DNA of 64,000 nucleotides from Planctomycetota bacterium (GTDB lineage Bacteria > Planctomycetota > Planctomycetia > Pirellulales > UBA1268): NCBI GenBank assembly GCA_003669585.1, contig QWOQ01000014.1, positions 21,069 to 85,068 on the forward strand. The letters are read 5' to 3'. A model generated the notes under the pieces. That model saw nothing but the letters and a program-made list of their open reading frames with translations. It was not told the origin of the DNA and made no database searches. The position numbers and the translations under genes are program-made. Of the stretch, positions 10,042 to 19,600 are shown piece after piece; position 1 is the first letter of the stretch; the number at the start of each line of letters is the position of its first letter.

Positions 10042-10244
10042 ATCGTCTCACGGCAAATTCATGACTACCGATGTCATTCAAGCCGTTTGGTGGTTCACGA
10101 GCGACGCTTTTTAACAAAAATATCGACTTTTACCTCGCACCTTCACCGAGCGGGTAAAATCGGTGGAACTCGGGGCAGATAGGGTGATTCGCGCAGTAAA
10201 GGGTAGCCACAACGGCCGCGAAGGCTTGACGCATCGTATCGATC

Positions 10245-10967
10245 ATGCGGCTCGTCGATTCCAAAAAGCTTCAAAAACAATGCTCCGAGCCGTTGAAGCG
10301 GGGTGTGTCGTTGTTACTCTCGATGTCGTTGACGTGCAAAATGTTTGGGACAATCCCGGACCGCGACAACGAACTTCCGGACTCAAAGACGATGTCGATT
10401 ACAAGACTGCCAGAGCCAGATGAGGTTGAGTGCCTGCTTCGCAATGCGGAACTGCGAGATCAGATCGAACCGTTTCTGGATGAGTCGATTTTTGAAATCG
10501 ACTTTCGTCTCCTGCCAACACCTATAGAAAATCGATTTTTGGAATCGATGATCGCTTGGGAGTGTGCTCCTTTAGAATCCATTTCCAAGTGGTTTGATCC
10601 ACCACTTGTTCTTCCGTCGGCCTGTGATCTCGACGACGACGATTTGCTCCATCGACTTACAGAGATCATCGAGTTACTTTTTGAAAAGCGAGTGATTCTC
10701 GATTTCACAGATCACCTTTCCGATCGCGAACTGTATCGGCTGATCCGCCGCGACATTCTTCCAGCAGCTGTGAAGCGTGTTGATATCCCTGACAATTTTA
10801 TCCATTGGAACTGCAGTTCTTCGGAGGTTTCCGATGATCCCACCATGTGGTTGATCTACTATGCGAGCGATTCTGAAAGACTCGAGTGGATGCACGAACA
10901 TGGACTGGAGCCGCCACCTCGTCGAGTTCCCCCGTATCCACGAATGTTGCCGACGTCGCCTGTCTGA
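10245..10967 (+). CDS. Hypothetical protein (acidic, no recognised domain)
   Basis: 240-aa ORF with coding-like composition and no competing ORF. The start is uncertain; ATG at 10392 (MSITRLPEPDEVE) is an alternative. I recognise no motif. Confidence 0.5.
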   Translation: MRLVDSKKLQKQCSEPLKRGVSLLLSMSLTCKMFGTIPDRDNELPDSKTMSITRLPEPDEVECLLRNAELRDQIEPFLDESIFEIDFRLLPTPIENRFLESMIAWECAPLESISKWFDPPLVLPSACDLDDDDLLHRLTEIIELLFEKRVILDFTDHLSDRELYRLIRRDILPAAVKRVDIPDNFIHWNCSSSEVSDDPTMWLIYYASDSERLEWMHEHGLEPPPRRVPPYPRMLPTSPV

Positions 10968-11147
10968 TTTCTCAGCGTCTGTGTGAAAAACGATTTCTTT
11001 CTGAGTGATCATCGAAAAAGGGTCTCTTTGTTCGGCTTTCGTTCTCGGCTCGTCGCGTATTGCGGTCACATGTCGGTATGATTTCATCTGTGTCGTGGGC
11101 GACGTAAGTCGCCACTGCCCGCACACTCTCCAGAAGGAAAGCTTGTA

Positions 11148-12299
11148 ATGAATTCATCGATACGCTTGAATCGCATATTGTGGAATCGTTTGACCGCCTG
11201 CCTGTTCCAATGTATTGCTCCTTGTATGCTCGCGACGATGCTGCTGTTTGCAGATCAATCGCTCTCAGCCAATACGAACGATTCGATCAACAGCGCCATT
11301 GCGAAAGCCACGGCATTTTTAGTCGAACAGGGGCAGGCCGATGACGGCAGTTTTTCGTCGCAGGTCGGTCCGGCGATTACGGCTCTTGCGGTAACGGCAC
11401 TGGTCGAAACAGGAACAGCGGCGGACTCACCGGAGATTGCAAAAGGGATCGACTATCTCCTGCGTTTTGCTCACAACGACGGCGGTATTCATCCTCCCGA
11501 CTCGGCAGTCGCCAATTATGAAACCGCGATTGCCATCATGGCACTCGCAGCCTGTAACAAAACAGGAACTCACGATGAAAGACTTTTAAAAGCAAAGGCG
11601 TTTGTCAAAGGATTGCAGTGGACGGAAGAAGAAGGGGAAACCCCATCGAGTCCGGCGTATGGTGGAGCGGGGTATGGAAGAAAAAAGCGGCCTGATCTTT
11701 CGAACACATCGTTTCTGATCGAAGCTCTGCGTGCCAGTGGCAGTGGCCCCGACGACCCGGCGATTCAGCGAGCGCTTTTGTTTGTGTCGCGTTCGCAAAA
11801 TCTGGAAGGTCCGGCCAACACCCTTCCCTTTCCTACAAAAAATCCTGACGGCGGATTTTATTACACGCCCGCTGCTGGCGGAGAGAGCCAGGCCGGCACC
11901 ACTCCCACAGGTGGACTTCGCAGCTACGCATCGATGACATACGCCGGTCTCAAAAGTATGATCTTTGCTGGAGTAACGAAGGATGATCCTCGCGTGAAGG
12001 CAGCAACCGAATGGCTCGCCAAACACTATTCCTTTACTGAAAATCCAGGCATGGGTGACTCCGGGCTCTTCTACTATTACCAGACTGCGGCAAAGTCGCT
12101 CAGCGCCCTCGGTGGGGACTCTTTTCGAGATGCCGATGGTATTGAACATGATTGGCGTGCAGAACTTGCTGCTGAAATTATTTCTCGACAGCAGCCAGAC
12201 GGTTCATGGGTGAACTCCAATGCCAGATGGATGGAAGGAGATCCCAATCTTGTAACGAGTTATGCACTGCTGGCGTTGGCTCTCTGTAAAGAAAAATGA
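11148..12299 (+). CDS. Secreted prenyltransferase/squalene-oxidase repeat (alpha-alpha toroid) protein
   Basis: 383 aa. N-terminal hydrophobic signal CIAPCMLATMLLFADQSLSA. Repeated QxxDGSF/W-type units (QGQADDGSFSSQVGP, AHNDGGIHP, RQQPDGSWVNSNARW..NLVTSYALLAL). Confidence 0.7.
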   Translation: MNSSIRLNRILWNRLTACLFQCIAPCMLATMLLFADQSLSANTNDSINSAIAKATAFLVEQGQADDGSFSSQVGPAITALAVTALVETGTAADSPEIAKGIDYLLRFAHNDGGIHPPDSAVANYETAIAIMALAACNKTGTHDERLLKAKAFVKGLQWTEEEGETPSSPAYGGAGYGRKKRPDLSNTSFLIEALRASGSGPDDPAIQRALLFVSRSQNLEGPANTLPFPTKNPDGGFYYTPAAGGESQAGTTPTGGLRSYASMTYAGLKSMIFAGVTKDDPRVKAATEWLAKHYSFTENPGMGDSGLFYYYQTAAKSLSALGGDSFRDADGIEHDWRAELAAEIISRQQPDGSWVNSNARWMEGDPNLVTSYALLALALCKEK

Positions 12300-12330
12300 C
12301 CAGATGCATGATCGACTTCTCGATCCAACA

Positions 12331-13605
12331 TCAGTCTTTCAAATCAAAAAGACGTTTGAGAGCATCCAGCAGACCGTGTGGCGGCCCTGCATGACTGGCT
12401 GATCGCAGTGATTCCATCGGTGGATGAAGAAGTTTGTTGGCATAACGTTCAAATGCTTGGCGGATTTCTGACTTTTCAGCGGGATCGAGTTTTGGAAGTC
12501 GATGAAAAAGTCGCTCCAATTCTGTATCACCGGTTTCGCTCCAATCGGCTCGCAGTCGTTCGATAACCGAACCGCTTGAACGATGATGCAAGTCGCCCAT
12601 GAAGCGGCGAGTCTCCTCATCAACGATTGCGATGGCTGCCGGAAGTTCGCGCTGTCGGCTCTTTCGATTGGCTTCACACGCCGCCCCCAAATCATCGATT
12701 GAATAGAGCCAAAGCCCCGGCCTTCGTCCGATTGAAGGATCAAAATCCCTCGGTACAGCAAGGTCTAGGACAACCAGAGGGCGACCGCAACGACGTGAAA
12801 ACGCACGAGAAAACATTGCTTCACTCACGATCGGCTTTGTTGCACCGGTTGTGCTCACCACCAGATCTGCCGACTGGAGTTGCTGTTCCAGATCCTCCCA
12901 GGCTCCGCTTGTCGCTCCAAGTCGATCCGCCAGATCAATCGCTCGAGAGCGACTGCGATTGAGGATGAGGATGTCACGAGCCCCAGCAGTCCGCAGATAG
13001 CGAAGCGTCTCACTCGCCATCTTGCCAGCACCTAAAAGCAACACTTGCTTATCATCGAAGCGTTCAAAAACTCCGCTGGCGAAATCGGCTACAGCAATGC
13101 TGGGGATCGACAATCGTTCCCGCCCAATCGACGTTTCGCTCGTTACTCGCTTGGCTGTTCGCAGCGCCGCGGAAAACATTTCTCCGGTGAGTGGACCGGC
13201 TGTTTCAGAATCTCTCGCAATCGCCCATGCCTGTTTGACCTGAGCAATAATCTGTGGCTCTCCGAGCACCATGCTATCGAGACCTGATGCAACGCTAAAA
13301 AGATGCCGCACAACCCCTTCGTCAAGTTGTCCGTCGAGTACTCCTGCCAATTCACTTTTTTCGATCCCGCGGCACTCTGCGAGAAATGAAACCATCTGAT
13401 CGGTTGGCGGCGGTCCTGCGGATTGTTCTCCTGCCGAATAGAGTTCCACCCGATTGCACGTCGAAAGAAGTACCACTTCACGCCCAGGAAAACGTTCGCG
13501 GAACCGCCGCATCGCGTCAATGGCCTGATCGGCAGAAAATACCAGTCGCTCTCGAAGCGCCAGCGGTACGGTGCGATGTGTTCCTCCAACAAGCGCAAGC
13601 ATCAT
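12331..13605 (-). CDS. hemA: Glutamyl-tRNA reductase
   Basis: The ORF is open to 13929, but the HemA-type N-terminus MMLALVGGTHRTVPLALRERLVF starts at ATG 13605-13603. This ATG overlaps the TGA (13604-13602) of the upstream gene as ATGA. Also LSTCNRVELY and the NAD motif VLLLGAGKMASE. Confidence 0.9.
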   Translation of the reverse strand: MMLALVGGTHRTVPLALRERLVFSADQAIDAMRRFRERFPGREVVLLSTCNRVELYSAGEQSAGPPPTDQMVSFLAECRGIEKSELAGVLDGQLDEGVVRHLFSVASGLDSMVLGEPQIIAQVKQAWAIARDSETAGPLTGEMFSAALRTAKRVTSETSIGRERLSIPSIAVADFASGVFERFDDKQVLLLGAGKMASETLRYLRTAGARDILILNRSRSRAIDLADRLGATSGAWEDLEQQLQSADLVVSTTGATKPIVSEAMFSRAFSRRCGRPLVVLDLAVPRDFDPSIGRRPGLWLYSIDDLGAACEANRKSRQRELPAAIAIVDEETRRFMGDLHHRSSGSVIERLRADWSETGDTELERLFHRLPKLDPAEKSEIRQAFERYANKLLHPPMESLRSASHAGPPHGLLDALKRLFDLKD

Positions 13606-14498
13606 GAGTGCACCACCCATCGCGATGCGCTGTGAACTCGAAAAACTTGTTGCGGCGGCATACCGTGACGCGTATTTCCCAAGAGTCCCCAAACAATGGA
13701 CATCACCAGCAAACCAAAACTTATCATCGAAAGAATTGCGACACGTCTCGATCCATGTGGGCTTCGCGCCATGACTCGCGCCACAATTGCAACTATCACC
13801 AGCCACACCACAAGTGCTCCCATTCGCACTACCACTGGATCGGTCCATGGAACGGTGTCCAGAAGTCCACGCTGCCGATTCACAGCATTGAGTACCAGTC
13901 CGGATGCAAACCCAGCGCCGGTCGCCCATGCTGCGATGATTGCAGTGCGACTGGTAATCTGCGCGAGTTTTTCAAGACTCGGCATTCGAAAGCCCCGAAT
14001 GGGAGGCTCTTTTTTTCCCAGTCGATCGGCTTGAATGAGCCACATCAGTGCCGACACCGCGCCGATCGCCACCGCCACAGATCCAAGAAGATTGAAAATT
14101 CCATGAATCGCACCCCAGACTTGCGTAGCAGGACTTTGAGAAAATGGTTCTCGACTGGCCCACTGCGCAGCGCAAATTAATCCGAGCACAACCGGAAGCA
14201 TAAAAAGCCCAACGGGGGTGCGCGGATTTGCAAGTGTGAGCCAGAGATATCCTGCCGCAAGCGACCACGCGGCCAAGAGATACCAGTCAAACGCACTTGA
14301 AAGGGGAACAGCCTGCTCGGTAGCTGCTCGCCAGCCGAGGAAAAGTGTGTGTGCCATAAATCCGGCTGCCGCAAACCCCACCATTGCCGCGCCACGCAGA
14401 CCACTGCGAAAGATCAGCCGCGAGATTTCAAAGAGAAACGCCACTCCGTAGCTAGCAGCAAAACAGACGATTGATATTCCAGAGACGAACGTCACCAT
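13602..14498 (-). CDS. Polytopic membrane protein, cytochrome c assembly (CcsA) family, HemX-like
   Basis: 298 aa with about 8 hydrophobic helices. No WGxxWxWD heme-handling motif is visible. Its stop overlaps the hemA start, an arrangement reminiscent of hemX in the Bacillus hemAXCDBL operon. Confidence 0.65.
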   Translation of the reverse strand: MVTFVSGISIVCFAASYGVAFLFEISRLIFRSGLRGAAMVGFAAAGFMAHTLFLGWRAATEQAVPLSSAFDWYLLAAWSLAAGYLWLTLANPRTPVGLFMLPVVLGLICAAQWASREPFSQSPATQVWGAIHGIFNLLGSVAVAIGAVSALMWLIQADRLGKKEPPIRGFRMPSLEKLAQITSRTAIIAAWATGAGFASGLVLNAVNRQRGLLDTVPWTDPVVVRMGALVVWLVIVAIVARVMARSPHGSRRVAILSMISFGLLVMSIVWGLLGNTRHGMPPQQVFRVHSASRWVVHS

Positions 14499-14680
14499 AG
14501 ATTCAACCTAAAGAGTGCCTGCGGACCAACCTTGGAACCCGCATACGATTCTAGTCCGATTTTTGTCCACGTCTGCGAGGGCCGTCCCGATACCACGCTT
14601 CACGATCAACCAACCTCGAAATCGTCCGGTCAAGACGCGTCGATCGATGGGGCCGCCTTTCGTGCCTATACTCGCTCCCT

Positions 14681-16627
14681 ATGATGCAGATACAAAACCA
14701 ATCAGTACAGCCACTTCATGGACTTGCCGGTGTTGTTCTTGAAGCCGGCAAAGAAGCGGAGCTTTCGAGCCTGCTTGTCACGCTCGGCCTCACGGTCATC
14801 GAAGCACCTGCGATACGAGAAGTTGCGAATCGAGAGCATTCACAAGCCATCGGCATGGCGAAAGAAATTCTCGCCGGAACAACCGATCTTGTCATCTTTA
14901 TGACCGGTTCGGGTGTGGTGCATCTTTTTGAACAATTGGCAGATCAAATCGATTTAGATTCTTTCATTGAATCACTTGCTCGCACGCGAATGATCGCGTG
15001 TGGTCCGAAATCAATGGAAGCGCTTCAGAAACTTGGAATCGCTATCACAGATCACACTTCCTGTTCGGATTCATGGCTTGAAGTGCTTTCGTTGGTCGAC
15101 ATCGATCATTCCATCGCAGGCAGGCGAGTGCTCATCGTTGAAGCGGTGCACCCTGCTGTCAATCTTGTTGCCGGGCTTGAGGCTCGCGGTGCAACGGTTC
15201 ATGTTCTCAGTCTGTACCGAAACGAATTGCCAATCGATGTCGGCCCACTCGATCTGGCAATTGCATCGATGATTCGTGGCGAAGTTGATGCCGTCGTATT
15301 TACATCAAGCGAACAGGTGACAAATCTTGTCGCGAGGGCACGCCAGACAGACCACCTCACGTCGCTCACTTCGGCAATGCGCTCGCGCATTGTTACTTGT
15401 TCCATCGGTCCGGTTCCATCTCGGGCGATTGTCGCTGAGGGTTGGCCTGTCGATCTCACACCAAGCGTGCCGCGATTGGCAGATCTGATTGATGTGATCA
15501 AATTAAAATTGCAATCTTGCACGACCGAAAAGCGAGAGAGTGTCACTGGAACGATCTCAGCAGTGCATCGGTTGTCGCCGACAAACGACGGGCTTCATCC
15601 ATCCCACAACTCACGGCTCTTGCGTGCTTGTCGTCTTGAAAAAGTTGACCGTACACCAATCTGGCTCATGCGTCAGGCAGGACGGTATCTCCCAGAATAT
15701 CGCAGGATTCGCGAAAAAGTGGGGTTCATGGAGCTCTGCAAAAATCCGGCACTTTCGGCAGAAGTGATGATTGCCACTGTTGAGCGACTCGGTGTCGATG
15801 CCGCGATCATATTTTCCGATTTGCTGCCGATCCTAGAACCGATGGGCATGGACCTTGAATTTTCGGTGGGCGAGGGCCCTGTTATTCACAATCCGATCCG
15901 CGAAGCAAGTGACATCAATCGATTCCTTGAACTGGAACAACTCGATGCACTGGGATTTGTCATGGAGACTGTTTCCAAAACGCGTGCCGGACTGGATGAA
16001 TTGATTCCACTGATTGGTTTTGCAGGAGCTCCTTTCACGCTCGCCAGCTATTGCATTGAAGGCGGAACCAGTCGCTCGTGGCTGCACACCAAAACATTGA
16101 TGTATCAAAATGAATCGGCGTGGCATGACCTCATGGCTCGTCTGGCAAGAGCGGTCAGCCGATATTTAATTGCGCAGCTCGATAGCGGAGCACAAGTAGT
16201 ACAACTTTTTGACAGTTGGGTTGGATGCCTGAGTTCTGAGGATTACCGTCGTTATGTTTTGCCACACAGTCGCAATGCCATGGCCGCAGCCCTTTGTCGC
16301 GCTCCGGTGATTCACTTTGCCACAGGCAATCCATCTCTCCTGCCACTTTTGGCAGAGGCAGGCGGAACTGTGATCGGCGTCGACTGGCGCATCGGTCTTT
16401 CACAGGCTTGGCGAATGATTGGTCATGACCGTGCCATTCAGGGAAATCTTGATCCCGCAGTCTTGCTTTCAAGTCGCGAAACGATTGCTTCAAATGCAAA
16501 AAATGTACTTGCTCAAGCTGCCGGAAGACCCGGTCATATTTTTAATTTGGGACATGGAGTGCTGCCCCAGACCCCAGTCGACAATGTGCTTGAATTGCTG
16601 GCTATCGTTCGAGATCACTCTCTTTGA
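14681..16627 (+). CDS. hemE: Bifunctional uroporphyrinogen-III synthase (HemD-like N-terminal half) / uroporphyrinogen decarboxylase (HemE)
   Basis: 648 aa. Residues ~309-648 carry the HemE signature RLLRACRLEKVDRTPIWLMRQAGRYLPEYR and ...IFNLGHGVLPQTP. Residues ~14-275 look like HEM4/HemD (LVIFMTGSGV, AVVFTSSEQV, two alpha/beta halves). Confidence 0.8.
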   Translation: MMQIQNQSVQPLHGLAGVVLEAGKEAELSSLLVTLGLTVIEAPAIREVANREHSQAIGMAKEILAGTTDLVIFMTGSGVVHLFEQLADQIDLDSFIESLARTRMIACGPKSMEALQKLGIAITDHTSCSDSWLEVLSLVDIDHSIAGRRVLIVEAVHPAVNLVAGLEARGATVHVLSLYRNELPIDVGPLDLAIASMIRGEVDAVVFTSSEQVTNLVARARQTDHLTSLTSAMRSRIVTCSIGPVPSRAIVAEGWPVDLTPSVPRLADLIDVIKLKLQSCTTEKRESVTGTISAVHRLSPTNDGLHPSHNSRLLRACRLEKVDRTPIWLMRQAGRYLPEYRRIREKVGFMELCKNPALSAEVMIATVERLGVDAAIIFSDLLPILEPMGMDLEFSVGEGPVIHNPIREASDINRFLELEQLDALGFVMETVSKTRAGLDELIPLIGFAGAPFTLASYCIEGGTSRSWLHTKTLMYQNESAWHDLMARLARAVSRYLIAQLDSGAQVVQLFDSWVGCLSSEDYRRYVLPHSRNAMAAALCRAPVIHFATGNPSLLPLLAEAGGTVIGVDWRIGLSQAWRMIGHDRAIQGNLDPAVLLSSRETIASNAKNVLAQAAGRPGHIFNLGHGVLPQTPVDNVLELLAIVRDHSL

Positions 16628-16633
16628 TTCATC

Positions 16634-19600
16634 TTGGATTTCGTACGAATTCATCACGCGGCCTGCTTGAGCCACGGCGTTACTTTACTCTCCGAATGTC
16701 TTCCAAACACCAGCTTTGTTGGAATCAACGGGGAAAATGAGCGTGTGACTCGCCCAAAACAGACTCCAGACGGTAGGATGTCACGCTGCGCCCGAGGTCG
16801 GTTTGCTGAAGCTGTAATTGTACGGCTTCACGACTGTGCGCATCTCCGGCGACACCGCAGCATGCTTCTGGTCAATCGACTTCTTTCTCGCATTACTTCG
16901 CAAGAACTCACAGCTGCTCGCAAGGCCGCTGAAGGACTTCGCGTACAAGCTCCACGCGTGGGCCTTGTGAGAGCGACTCTTGATGATGCAAAAGGCGAAC
17001 GTCTGACCCTTTCATTTGAGCTTTCGGCAAACCGCACCGGCGGCATGGTGATCGAAAGTCGATGCAGTTGTTCGGTTGGTCAGCAGGGCCGTCCTTGCGA
17101 ACACCTCGTGGTCGTTCTGCTTGAAATCGAAAACCGCGGACTGTTTTCGAGCATTCGCGAGCAGACCCCGGTGATTCTCAAGTCCATCCCCGCAGAGACC
17201 GTCGACGATGATGCGGCAGAAGAAAGCAATCCGTCGGGGATTTCTCCAACTCGCGCGGCTGTTGTGCGGCAACCCCCGTGGGCAAATGAACTCGAGGAAC
17301 GACGGCGATTGGTTGAGCCGGCAGTGCGTATCAATCACATGCGTGTTACAGACGCTAGGCGTGGCGCTGGAATGCTGGTTTTTCTCATCGACCTCGTGGG
17401 ATCGACAGAATCGAACTGCGCGATTGTGAAACCGTGTCGCATGCAACTCGATGTTGTGGGAAACGTCTGCGGACGACCTCGCCCAATTACGCTTGGTGAA
17501 ATCGATGGTGAACCACTCGATTCAACGGAACGAATATTGATCTCGCGATTACTCGGCGCGTTGGGTTGCGGTGATGATGGTGCCGTAAGAAGAGGCGATG
17601 CGGGTCGAATCACGCGCATTGCCATCACACCAGCATCGGCGGGAATCCATTTGTCGCACCTATGCGAAACGGGACGGCTGTTTTTACAGCCCGATCCCAG
17701 ACGTTCGCCGGAAGTGGTGATGCCACTGGCATGGGACAACGGCCGCGCGTGGAGGTTTGCGTTGGTGCTTGACCCGGATGATGTTCCGTCGGCCTCCGAT
17801 GATGACGAGGATGTTTTACCTCCACGTCCAGCCAAGGCCCGGCTTCGAGGCATGCTTGTGCGAGGCAGCCAACGCATGGGCTTGGATCAACCCAAGGCCG
17901 TTCTTCGCTCCGGACTTGTGATTTTTGCAGACCGCATTGCATTGCTTGAATCGGATGAATCAAGTGCCTGGCTCGATCAATTTGAACGACGAGGTCCCAT
18001 TGAACTTGCCTCATCGCACGTAGATGGATTGATTGAGCGATTGGCCGGTATGTGCGATATGCCGCGTATCGAACTCCCGGCATGGACGGGTTGGAAAATT
18101 GAATCAGCAGCACCTATCCCCAGACTCGTTCTGGATGATGGATTGCCCGTCAATTCTGAGGAACTCGATGACGAACTACCGTCGCGCACAGGACGGCGGC
18201 GAAAAAAAGCGACAAAAACGCAACTCGCTGGACACGTGTGGTTTGATTACGGCGGCCTACGAATCGCCGCGCATGATCCATCGGGAGGCGCAGTCGATCA
18301 AGTTCGCCATCTTCTTGTGAGACGAAATCGAATCGCAGAACGCTCCGCGTTGAGCGTGCTTGCTGCCTGCGGGGCAGTAACTCCGAAAGAAGATGGTGAA
18401 CCGTCAACGCATCATGTTGAATTTGCTCGCAATCGGCTCGACAGTGCTGCCCCCCAGATGGCCTCCGAAGGGTGGGAAGTAGAGGTGTCTGGAAAACGAT
18501 ATCGGCCAGCGGGAACGTTCTCCTGGCATGTCGCCAGTGGCATCGACTGGTTTGAGCTTTCAGGTTCATTCAATTTCGATGGCATCGAGGTCGGAATGCC
18601 GTCACTCTTGGAAGCTATTGAACGTGGAGATTCGTCGGTGCAACTGCCCGATGGATCTCTCGGCATTCTCCCGGCTGACTGGGCGAGACAAATGGCTCCG
18701 ATGATCGAGCTTGCGCAGCGTTCTGACGGCAAGTTGCGATACGGTCGCATCCAAGTCGCGCTCTTAGATGCACTTCTCGCCGGTCAACCGCGAACAGAGG
18801 TTGACGAGGCATTTGAAAAGATTCGCGAAGAGCTTTCTCGTGGCGAGCAGCCAGATGCGATCGAGGAGCCCGAGGGTTTTAAGGGAACGCTTCGACACTA
18901 TCAGCGAGAGGGTCTCGGTTGGCTGGCGTTTCTCGAGTCGTTGGGCGTCGGCGGATGCTTGGCAGATGACATGGGTCTCGGCAAGACTGTGCAAGTGCTT
19001 GCGCTGCTTGTGCGACGCCAAACGGTGATGCGCGAGCAAGGGGTGCCGCATCGTCCATCGATGGTTGTGGTACCAAAGAGCCTCATCTTTAACTGGATGC
19101 AAGAGGCCGCAAAATTCACTCCAAGCCTTCGTGTTCATAATCACACAGGGCAAACCCGAGCAGAAGGTACACAATCGCTAGCAGACACGGACCTCATTCT
19201 CACAACCTACGGAACGCTGCGTCGTGACGCGCTTCAGCATCGCGAATTTGAGTTTGATTATGTGGTTCTCGATGAGGCACAGGCTATTAAGAACGCCACA
19301 AGCCAAGCCGCGAAGGCATGTCGACTTTTGCGTGCACGCCATCGACTTGCCGTCACGGGAACTCCAGTCGAAAATCACATTGGTGAACTGTGGAGTATTT
19401 TTGAATTTCTGAACCCCGGTCAGCTCGGAAGTTCTGGGCGGCTCAAACGATTCCTCATGGGCGGTCGCGGAGGATCGGCATCGGGCGTTGTGGCTCGGGC
19501 AGTTCGTCCGTATCTGTTGCGTCGAACCAAGTCGCAGGTTCTTACAGATCTTCCAGAGAAGACAGAACAAACGCTCTTCTGTGAACTGACCGGGCCGCAG

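Noticed and set aside
10120-10165. Imperfect hairpin (cgacttttacc...ggtaaaatcg) downstream of rpiB
   Set aside because: The stem is bulged and there is no T-tract. I cannot distinguish it from chance complementarity without folding energies.
11586-12149. 187-aa minus-strand ORF antisense to the prenyltransferase-repeat gene
   Set aside because: It is an antisense shadow ORF. The plus-strand product has clear repeat motifs and a signal peptide.
12310-12325. Possible bidirectional terminator hairpin (gatcga-cttc-tcgatc) in the 31-nt gap between convergent genes
   Set aside because: The stem is only 6 bp with no flanking T/A runs. That is too weak to call.
13606-13929. N-terminal 108-aa extension of the hemA ORF
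   Set aside because: The extension overlaps the upstream membrane-protein gene in another frame. Conserved HemA sequence begins exactly at the ATG that overlaps that gene's stop.
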